14,666 bases of DNA. It comes from Tubiluchus corallicola (taxonomy: Eukaryota; Animalia; Priapulida). The translations under genes were made by a program, and so were the position numbers. Of the stretch, positions 1 to 7,055 are shown piece after piece. The notes beneath the pieces are model-generated. The model was not told the origin of the DNA. It ran no database searches and worked only from the letters and a program-made list of their open reading frames with translations. Position 1 is the stretch's first letter; the number at the start of each line of letters is the position of its first letter. Where the stretch lies: the NCBI GenBank assembly GCA_030141605.1, contig JAQGDQ010002515.1, positions 1 through 14,666 of the forward strand, in the 5' to 3' direction.

Positions 1-153
1 CTGATTCATGAGAATAATGTGCTTGCCAAGAATGGAAAAATTGTATATGAAGAACTGCACAGAAACAGATTTGACTTTGATGACAATCTGTTCACCTTAG
101 TCAACGAAAAAAGATATGGCGACACCACCATATATAGGTTGGAGTACGTTTAG
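1..153 (+). CDS. rsmD: 3' end of probable 16S rRNA m2G966 methyltransferase RsmD (partial, truncated by window start)
   Basis: Manual translation from base 1: LIHENNVLAKNGKIVYEELHRNRFDFDDNLFTLVNEKRYGDTTIYRLEYV*, stop TAG 151-153. The L-x-x-x-G-x-I-V-x-E and KRYGDT motifs are typical of RsmD C-termini, and rsmD-coaD adjacency is widely conserved. Confidence 0.8.
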   Translation: MIHENNVLAKNGKIVYEELHRNRFDFDDNLFTLVNEKRYGDTTIYRLEYV

Positions 154-168
154 ATTTAAGAGTATTGT

Positions 169-645
169 ATGAAAATAGTTTACCCAGGCACTTTTGACCC
201 GATCACGTTTGGGCATGTGGATCTTGCGGAAAGGATATACCAGCTATCGAATGAGTTGACAATTGCAATATCCAGCAATTCCGGGAAAAAACCTCTATTC
301 TCCACTCAGGAAAGGGTGGAATTGACCAAAGAGGCGCTTAAGCATCTCAAGGGCATAAAGGTAGTATCCTATGACAATCTTCTCGTAGATTTTTTAAAAG
401 ATATTGGAACCACTACCATTGTGAGAGGCTTGCGGGCTGTATCCGACTTTGAGTTTGAATTTCAGCTTGCGATGCTCAACAGGCAGCTGTACAAGGAGTT
501 TGAAACTCTGTTCCTTATGCCAAACCAAAAGTACACATTTATAAGCTCCACGATAGTAAAAGATGTGGCGATACACAATGGGGATGTTACGCAATTTGTC
601 CCCAAAAATGTGGCAATCGCAATAAAGGCGAAATACAACCATTAA
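169..645 (+). CDS. coaD: Phosphopantetheine adenylyltransferase
   Basis: 158 aa with YPGTFDPITFGH, VRGLRAVSDFEFE and ISSTIVKDVA motifs. Confidence 0.97.
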   Translation: MKIVYPGTFDPITFGHVDLAERIYQLSNELTIAISSNSGKKPLFSTQERVELTKEALKHLKGIKVVSYDNLLVDFLKDIGTTTIVRGLRAVSDFEFEFQLAMLNRQLYKEFETLFLMPNQKYTFISSTIVKDVAIHNGDVTQFVPKNVAIAIKAKYNH

Positions 646-668
646 TAGTTCGCTTAAAGTCTAAATTC

Positions 669-697
669 ATGATTTGATTTTTTGCGCAAAATATAAT
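669..697 (+). promoter_or_regulatory. Candidate sigma70 promoter for the response regulator-purMN operon, with an overlapping palindrome
   Basis: Perfect TATAAT at 692-697, weak -35 (ATGATT 669-674, 17 nt spacer) and a 12 bp palindrome TTTTGCGCAAAA at 680-691. Confidence 0.45.
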
Positions 698-737
698 ATA
701 TTGGGTTTTCTAAGTAAAGTCTTATTTTGAGAGAAGC

Positions 738-2250
738 ATGAATAAAATCCTACTCATTGATGATAGTGCCACAGTCCATCAGATCATGGACTTGTCTGTC
801 AGCAAGGATAGCTACCGGATTGCCAAAGCTTTCAGCAGCAAAGAGGCTTCTGATCTGCTTGAGCAAGGATTTTCCCCCGACGTCATACTACTGGATTTCA
901 AGCTTACCGGCGTTGATATAGTCTCTTATATCTCTGAGTTGAAGGCGGAGCTGCCAAGATGCAAAATTGTGTTGCTCGCAGGAGCTCTCGATAAGATTTC
1001 AAACAGGGACAGCAAACGTTACAACGTCAGTAAGGTAGTTACCAAACCGTTTGATTCGTCCACCATATTGAGCACCTTGAAGGGGGTGGCAGGCATTCCT
1101 AGTAAAGGTTCTGCAACGGAAAAATCCGCTTCAAAAACGAAAAGCGACCCAAAAACAAAGAAAAAAAGATCCACAAAAGAGTATGCCATACCCGAGGATT
1201 TGGCCCCTCACACCCACAAATCAAAAACGTCTTCGGAAGAAGACCTTGCCTATACCCTTTCCGTTGACAATTCGGACGAGGAGGAAATCCTTGAAGAAGT
1301 GGACAACGTCGAAATAGACGATATTATTTTGGATGTGGAAGACGAGGTGGATGAGCTCCTTGCGGATACTGTCACCATCGAAGAGGACGAAAATGTACTG
1401 GACAAAGATGTCGATTTTCTCAAAGAGTACAGTTTTCAAAAGTCCGACAAAGATTCAAAACATGATGACGATGATGCCAATGGAGGCGAAGACGTGGACA
1501 TGCTTCAGAATCTTTTGCGTCAGGGCCTTCCTGAAAGTAAATCTTCGGTAAGCGAAGACAAAGGGAAAACCCTGGAAGATGACGATCTGCTTATAGAAGA
1601 CGATGATGACCTGCTCTGGAGTGAAGACGAAGAGGACGACGGTCAGTTTGTGGAAGAAGATGATGAGGAAGAGTGAGGAGGAAGGCGATAGTTTGCTGGA
1701 TGATGAGTTTAATTCAGTTATAGATCAACTTCCACTCGACAAAATCCCTTCTTCTGTGGGTATGTCTCGGGCAAAAGTTCCCATTGAAGAGTTTGATCTT
1801 TTTGAAGATTTTTTGGACGATATCGAGCAAAATACCGAGCAAAAATCTCGGGGTACTGCCCATGGACAACACAAGCAGCATGACGCATATACCGAAAAGT
1901 ATAAAATTAACAAAGAGGTTGTGCAGGAACAGAAAAGTGCTCCAAAAAAAGAACCTCTGCAAATTGCAAAGGAGAAAATTACACCGCCTCCCAGCTTCAG
2001 CAACATCAGAGCGGACAAGCCAAAGTCAAACAGATCGATTTCTACCAGTAATGATGAGCTTATTATTACCGTTTCAAAGGAAGAGATGATATCATCCATA
2101 GGCAATTTGGTAGATAGTAAGATTTTGCGAGATCTGCTGAATGATAGTTTGTCGGTCCAGCTAAAGAACGCAATACGAGTCATGATTCCGGATATAGCGG
2201 AGAAGCTGATAAAGGAAGAAATAAATAGGATCAAAGAGGAAGTGGAGTAG
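738..2250 (+). CDS. RomR-like response regulator (receiver domain, acidic disordered linker, C-terminal helical motif), split by an apparent 1-base insertion near 1673-1674 into ORFs 738..1676 and 1603..2250
   Basis: The receiver domain has D8-D9, D53 and K103-P-F, with RomR-like DDSAT, LLAG and TKPFDS signatures. The acidic run continues across the frame change (..EEDDEEE / EEEGDSLLDDEF..). The C-terminus IRVMIPDIAEKLIKEEINRIK resembles the RomR C-terminal motif. The joined product is ~503 aa. Confidence 0.75.
1575..1683 (+). repeat. Low-complexity GAN-codon tract with an imperfect tandem peptide repeat (EDDDLL-I-EDDDDLL-WS-EDEEDD)
   Basis: gaagatgacgatctgctt followed by gaagacgatgatgacctgctc, then runs of gaa/gag/gat/gac codons. 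Confidence 0.6.
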
Positions 2251-3293
2251 TGTCGAGCAACAGTTACAAAAAAAGTGGAGTGAACATCGAAGAGGGCAAC
2301 CGCTTCGTGTCCATAATCAAGAAGCACACAGACAAAACGAAGAATGATAACGTACTGGGAGGATTGGGAGGATTTGCGGGTCTCTTTTCCTTGAAAGATT
2401 ACGTAAATATGGAAGAGCCCGTTCTCGTATCATCCACAGACGGGGTCGGCACCAAGGTAAGGATCGCTATAGACGCTTCAAGGTATGACAGGATCGGCAT
2501 AGACCTTGTTGGGATGTGTGTAAATGATATCATTACCACAGGAGCAAAACCGCTCCTCTTTTTGGACTATGTTGCAACAGGCAAGTTAGATGCGGAAAAT
2601 CTTGCAGAGGTGATAAAGGGGATTGCCGATGGCTGCAAAGCAAGTGGAGTCGCCCTCATAGGCGGAGAGACTGCCGAGATGCCCGGAATGTATAGAGACG
2701 GGGACTATGATCTTGCCGGCTTTTCCGTCGGGATAGTTGACAAAAAAAAGGTGATAGACGGTAGCAACATAGCAGAAGGAGATGTTGTCATTGGGCTGCC
2801 CTCATCAGGCTTTCACAGTAACGGCTACTCTCTCCTTAGGGATGTGCTCTTTAACACTCTCAACCATAACCTGGATGACATCGTTCACGACGGGCTTACA
2901 GTGGCTGACCTACTTCTCAGCCCCACAAGACTATACGTAAAACCCATAATGGCTCTATGCAGTATGGGGCTTAAGATAAATGGTATGTCTCATATAACCG
3001 GCGGTGGATTTTACGACAACCTTTCTCGAATATTAAAGGAGGATCTTGCATTTCACCTTGATTTTAGCAATGTTGAACTTCCTGTTCCTTACAAGCTTTT
3101 GGACAAAGCGAATATTGAGAAGCGCGAACTTTACACGGTATTTAATATGGGCATCGGCTACGTTGTAGTGTGTGCAGCCAGTGAAGCGCCACATATACTG
3201 CGCTCCCTCTCGGCATCCGGAGAGACACCTGTGATAATAGGCTCTGTGGAGAGGGGAAAGGCAGACGTTAAGATACGTGGAATCGACATATAA
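2250..3293 (+). CDS. purM: Phosphoribosylformylglycinamidine cyclo-ligase (AIR synthetase)
   Basis: 347 aa with YKKSGVNI, TDGVGTK, GGETAEMPG, SSGFHSNGYSL, HITGGG and FNMGIG motifs. The GTG start overlaps the upstream TAG by one base. Confidence 0.98.
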   Translation: MSSNSYKKSGVNIEEGNRFVSIIKKHTDKTKNDNVLGGLGGFAGLFSLKDYVNMEEPVLVSSTDGVGTKVRIAIDASRYDRIGIDLVGMCVNDIITTGAKPLLFLDYVATGKLDAENLAEVIKGIADGCKASGVALIGGETAEMPGMYRDGDYDLAGFSVGIVDKKKVIDGSNIAEGDVVIGLPSSGFHSNGYSLLRDVLFNTLNHNLDDIVHDGLTVADLLLSPTRLYVKPIMALCSMGLKINGMSHITGGGFYDNLSRILKEDLAFHLDFSNVELPVPYKLLDKANIEKRELYTVFNMGIGYVVVCAASEAPHILRSLSASGETPVIIGSVERGKADVKIRGIDI

Positions 3294-3886
3294 TGAAGAA
3301 CATTGCCATCCTTTTGTCCGGTACGGGCAGTAATTTTTTAGCAATTAAAGACGCACTGGACAGCGGGATATTACAAAACTGTAGAATCGGCGCAGTAATT
3401 AGCAATAATGAAACTTCTGTCGGTCTACAGCGGGCAAAAGATTACGGTCTACCTACACATTGTATCAATCCGAAGGGCTTTGACACCAGAGAGCTATTTG
3501 ATAAAGAGATAATGGATATCCTGGAAAACAGCAACACAGACCTTGTATGCCTTGCGGGATATATGTTGCTGCTCAGTCCCGTATTTGTCAGAAGATACAA
3601 AGGCAAAATCCTAAATATTCACCCTTCCCTATTGCCATCCTTCAAGGGTTTGAAAGCACAAGAACAAGCGCTCAATCATGGAGTGCGGTTTAGCGGGTGC
3701 ACCGTTCATTTTGTGGACGAAGGGTTGGATAGTGGCCCTATCGTTTTGCAATCGGTGGTGCCGGTTCTGCAGGATGACACTAAAGATACACTCCAGCAAA
3801 GAATTTTGGTGGAAGAACATAAGATATATCCTCAAGCTGTAAAGCTCTTCATAGAAGGCAAGTTGAAATCTTGGGTACAAAGGTAG
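3293..3886 (+). CDS. purN: Phosphoribosylglycinamide formyltransferase (true end probably 3900 if a 1-base loss at 3866-3868 is corrected)
   Basis: SGTGSN, LAGYM, NIHPSLLP and HFVDEGLDSGPI motifs. TAATG overlap with purM. Confidence 0.97.
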   Translation: MKNIAILLSGTGSNFLAIKDALDSGILQNCRIGAVISNNETSVGLQRAKDYGLPTHCINPKGFDTRELFDKEIMDILENSNTDLVCLAGYMLLLSPVFVRRYKGKILNIHPSLLPSFKGLKAQEQALNHGVRFSGCTVHFVDEGLDSGPIVLQSVVPVLQDDTKDTLQQRILVEEHKIYPQAVKLFIEGKLKSWVQR

Positions 3887-3896
3887 TGATAAAAGA

Positions 3897-5102
3897 TTGA
3901 GTGCAAAATTAACAACAACAAACAGTGGAGCAAAACTGATACTTTTGGACAGGGATTTTAGCGCCTCGACCTCCTTTAGGATATTCTTCAAGGGCGGCGT
4001 ACTCAGGGAAAATTCTCTAAATAACGGAATAGGCAGCTTATTTGTCCGCACGTTTATAAAGAGCTCACCTTTTTTGAACAATGTGGAGTTTTTAGGCGGT
4101 TTTGCCTGTATGAACCAAGGAGTCGACTATACGGAAGTTGCCGTGGATATACCGCATTACCACCAGTCAAAAGTAATCTCTGATCTTGAAGCTTTCCTAC
4201 TGAAGCCCACATTGAAGGAGGATATATTTGAACTGGAAAAGAAACTCCTGTTAGAAGAGCTTGCCCTCTCGTTGGATAGTCCAAATTATGTGTCATTTAC
4301 CAACTATATGAAAAACAGCTATAATGACTTTGCATACGGTCTCCCCGCAAATGGTGAGATAACAACCGTTCAGGAAATCACGCTTGACGCACTGAAGTCC
4401 TATATGAAACCGCTACTGACAGCTTCAAACATCACCGCAACAGTTGTGGGCAAGGTAGAAAAGGGTACGGGAGAAAAGATCGCTTCCATTCTGAACGCCA
4501 TGGACAAGGGAGAGCTATTTGAATGCATCGACAATAACTCATGCCTTTCAAAAAACACCTATCTGGAGGAACCTTACGACAGAATAAAGCAAGCCAAGCT
4601 TTACGTAGGTTACAATGCGCCATCGGTCTTGGGGAAACACTACCCAACCCTAAAGCTTGCAAACTCCATATTGGGCAGCGGGATGAGTTCCAGGTATTTT
4701 TCAAAACTCAGAAAGGAAAAAGGTTATGCATACTCAGTAGGATCGATGTATCCATCAAGATTGTTTGAATCCCGATTTACTGCGTATATAGGCTTGGACT
4801 ACTGCAACGTTGCAAGTGCAATAGATGAGATATCCCGTATAAACAACGGTTTTCTGGACAATATAACCCCTGAAGAGATAGAGGATAATAAAAATAAGAT
4901 AATAGGAAACGCACTAATAGATAACCAGACAAACAGCAAGATAGCTTGGAACGCCTGTTTCTTTGAGAATGTAGGGCTTGGCTACAAACACATGGACAAC
5001 TATCTCGAAACCATAAGGAATATTCAACTAAATGATCTAAAGGAGATCATTCACACATTTTCAAAAGAGAGGACGGTCTACGTCTTAAAACCAGAGTCTT
5101 AG
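3897..5102 (+). CDS. M16B (insulinase/pitrilysin) family protein lacking HxxEH, probably a non-catalytic subunit
   Basis: 401 aa with a two-domain M16 pattern: GG..RE....NG N-terminal motif and ILGSGMSSRYFSKLRKEKGYAYSV C-terminal motif. The zinc-binding position reads GIGSLFVRTF. TTG start. Confidence 0.85.
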   Translation: MSAKLTTTNSGAKLILLDRDFSASTSFRIFFKGGVLRENSLNNGIGSLFVRTFIKSSPFLNNVEFLGGFACMNQGVDYTEVAVDIPHYHQSKVISDLEAFLLKPTLKEDIFELEKKLLLEELALSLDSPNYVSFTNYMKNSYNDFAYGLPANGEITTVQEITLDALKSYMKPLLTASNITATVVGKVEKGTGEKIASILNAMDKGELFECIDNNSCLSKNTYLEEPYDRIKQAKLYVGYNAPSVLGKHYPTLKLANSILGSGMSSRYFSKLRKEKGYAYSVGSMYPSRLFESRFTAYIGLDYCNVASAIDEISRINNGFLDNITPEEIEDNKNKIIGNALIDNQTNSKIAWNACFFENVGLGYKHMDNYLETIRNIQLNDLKEIIHTFSKERTVYVLKPES

Positions 5103-5151
5103 AGAGTTCATCAGGTAAGAGACATTCACAGAAGATGTATAACCAGATTAA

Positions 5152-5919
5152 CTACTGGTATATCTCATCCCCTTCTATCTCCAGTTCCTTCTTCTTCTCG
5201 GACATCTTCACAATGTAAATACTTATTTCGTACAAAAATATAAGCGGTCCCGCCATAAGCAGCTGGGTAAAGATGTCGGGCGGGGTAAGTATAGCAGCAA
5301 ATACAAATATCACAACGAGGGCGTATCTTCTATATTTTCTCATCATTTTATGCGTAATCAGCCCCATTTTTGCTAAAAATAGTGCCACAACCGGCAACTC
5401 GAACACGATGCCAAATCCTATGAGCAGCCTCATGACGAACGATAAATACCAGTTGATTGAAAGGCTAGCCACAACATACCCGTCAGCGTATTTCATAAAA
5501 AAAGCAAAACCAAGAGGAAAGACCACATAGTAGGCGAAGGAAGCACCGGTAAAGAAGAGTATAGAAGCACTAAGGACAAATCCTATGACGTACTTCTTTT
5601 CATGCTTGTACAGCCCAGGCGCTACAAACTTCCACATCTGATAAAATATGACGGGTGCGCTGGCAAAAAAGGAAGCAATGATTGCCAATTTTAGTTCTGT
5701 AAAGAAACCTTCAGCCACTTTAAGTATGGCAAGATGTGAGTTTTCAGGCAACACAGTGATCAAGGGGCTCGTCACAAAATCAAAAATCACCTTGACTTGC
5801 CAATAAGCAAAAACAAAAACGATAGCCACAGATATCAAAGAGTATATTATCCTTTTGCGAAGCTCTTCCAAATGGGACTGCAAGGACATTTTGCTGTCGA
5901 TCAGATTGCTGCTACTCAC
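5152..5919 (-). CDS. tatC: Twin-arginine translocase subunit TatC
   Basis: HLEELRKR, WKFVAPGLYKHE, FELP and AAILTPPD motifs with multiple hydrophobic helices. GTG start overlapping the upstream tat gene (an ATG ten codons further in is an alternative start). Confidence 0.97.
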   Translation of the reverse strand: MSSSNLIDSKMSLQSHLEELRKRIIYSLISVAIVFVFAYWQVKVIFDFVTSPLITVLPENSHLAILKVAEGFFTELKLAIIASFFASAPVIFYQMWKFVAPGLYKHEKKYVIGFVLSASILFFTGASFAYYVVFPLGFAFFMKYADGYVVASLSINWYLSFVMRLLIGFGIVFELPVVALFLAKMGLITHKMMRKYRRYALVVIFVFAAILTPPDIFTQLLMAGPLIFLYEISIYIVKMSEKKKELEIEGDEIYQ

Positions 5920-6181
5920 CTATTTGATCCTCTTTTTTAGTATTTTCTGCGTCATCTGCTTCAAATTTGCTTTTGTAGTTTGCGGCAGGTATCTTGTTCT
6001 GCTTCTGATCGTCAATCACGTCATCAACATCAAAAGCACCCTTGAGGTCATCAATATGCCTTTTGAACTCTCCGTACCCTTTTCCCAAAGACTTTGCAAC
6101 TTCGGGCAATTTACTAGGGCCAACAACAATCAGTGCAACGATGAGTATAATAACTATCTCCGCAACGCCAAAACCAAACAT
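5912..6181 (-). CDS. tatB: TatA/TatB family translocase subunit, more TatB-like
   Basis: MFGFGVAEIVIILIVALIVVGPSKLPEVAKSLGK: one TM helix with E8, a GP hinge and an amphipathic helix. SD GGAGGG at 6192-6187. Directly upstream of tatC. TatA versus TatB is not certain. Confidence 0.75.
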   Translation of the reverse strand: MFGFGVAEIVIILIVALIVVGPSKLPEVAKSLGKGYGEFKRHIDDLKGAFDVDDVIDDQKQNKIPAANYKSKFEADDAENTKKEDQIGE

Positions 6182-6231
6182 TATAACCCTCCATAAAGTT
6201 TAAGAGACAATCGTCCAAAAACTCCCAAGCG

Positions 6232-6260
6232 ATACTATCACACCGACCACACAAAATCAA
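6232..6260 (-). promoter_or_regulatory. Candidate sigma70 promoter for tatB-tatC
   Basis: Minus strand TTGATT (6260-6255), 17 nt, TAGTAT (6237-6232), with an extended -10 TG at 6240-6239. Confidence 0.5.
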
Positions 6261-6275
6261 TTGTATAGTATTGAC

Positions 6276-6304
6276 TTGTCAACGGGTCAAAAAATTGTTA
6301 ACAT
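6276..6304 (+). promoter_or_regulatory. Candidate sigma70 promoter for radC
   Basis: TTGTCA (6276-6281), 17 nt, TAACAT (6299-6304), with an extended -10 TG at 6296-6297. Confidence 0.5.
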
Positions 6305-6350
6305 GTGGTCTTCAGGAAAATATACCAGCTTGGTAATAGCAGGGTTTATA

Positions 6351-7019
6351 ATGAGTTCTCCACACTATCACGGACATAGAAAAAGATTGAAAGAGAAGTT
6401 TAAAAAGGACAGAAGCTCCATAGCGGACTACGAGTTGCTGGAGTTGCTGTTGTGTTTTGTTATAAAGGGCAAGGATGTAAAGCCGCTGGCAAAATCGATA
6501 CTGGACAAATCTGTAAACCTTAATAATCTATTCCTGATAGAGCTGGATAGCATCAGTGGCTTGGGAGCCGAAACGGAGACCTTCTTTAACGCCATCCACG
6601 AGCTGATAACGAGGTTGAACTACGAAAGCTTGGTGTCTACAAAGATAAATCTTTCAGAACCTTCAGCTGTTTATAAATATTTAAAGAGTTTTATGGGCAA
6701 TTTTGATAAAGAACTGTTTATGGCCATATACCTAAATTCAAATAATGAAATATTGCACAACAGCGTAGTCAGCACAGGAACTGTGGACAATGCAGTGGTT
6801 TACCCAAGGGAGCTGGTAGAAAATGCGATCAAGGTGGGAGCATCCAGTGTTATAGTAGCTCATAATCACCTGACGTCATCCAACAACCCATCTAAGGAAG
6901 ATATCGCAACTACCAAAGCGCTGAACAAAGCATTAGCCACTTTAGACATTAGCCTACTGGATCACATAATAATATCTCATACCGGCTATTTTAGTTTTAA
7001 AAGCCATGCCATGCTTTAA
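6351..7019 (+). CDS. radC: RadC/UPF0758 JAB-domain protein
   Basis: HYHGHRKRLKEKF N-terminus, YELLELLL, GTVDNAVVYPRE, HNHx7SxxD and LLDHIII motifs. Start placed at ATG 6351 (222 aa) rather than TTG 6261, because the upstream stretch looks like promoter and the family motif begins here. Confidence 0.92.
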   Translation: MSSPHYHGHRKRLKEKFKKDRSSIADYELLELLLCFVIKGKDVKPLAKSILDKSVNLNNLFLIELDSISGLGAETETFFNAIHELITRLNYESLVSTKINLSEPSAVYKYLKSFMGNFDKELFMAIYLNSNNEILHNSVVSTGTVDNAVVYPRELVENAIKVGASSVIVAHNHLTSSNNPSKEDIATTKALNKALATLDISLLDHIIISHTGYFSFKSHAML

Positions 7020-7055
7020 CAGCTGCCTATAATTCCAAGTGGACTGGAGGATAGA

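Noticed and set aside
1603-1674. ATG start and N-terminus of the 215 aa ORF as a separate gene
   Set aside because: MMTCSGVKTKRTTVSLWKKMMRK is the out-of-frame reading of the acidic tract of the upstream ORF.
1674-1676. Selenocysteine or TGA readthrough in the response regulator
   Set aside because: The continuation is in a different frame, so readthrough would not join the parts. TGA also serves as a normal stop for thrC.
1725-2327. 200 aa minus-strand ORF
   Set aside because: Antisense shadow of the RomR-like C-terminal region and purM start. Its Ser/Phe/Leu-rich composition is what reverse-complemented Glu/Lys codons give, and it has no motif.
5103-5151. Bidirectional terminator between the convergent M16 gene and tatC
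   Set aside because: No convincing GC-rich stem with U-tracts was found.
6261-6350. 30 aa N-terminal extension of RadC from TTG 6261
   Set aside because: It overlaps the predicted promoter, and family similarity begins at ATG 6351.
6351-7019. radC as a marker of a mobile element or defence island
   Set aside because: It is the full-length chromosomal type, flanked by core genes, with no integrase, transposase or att-like repeats.
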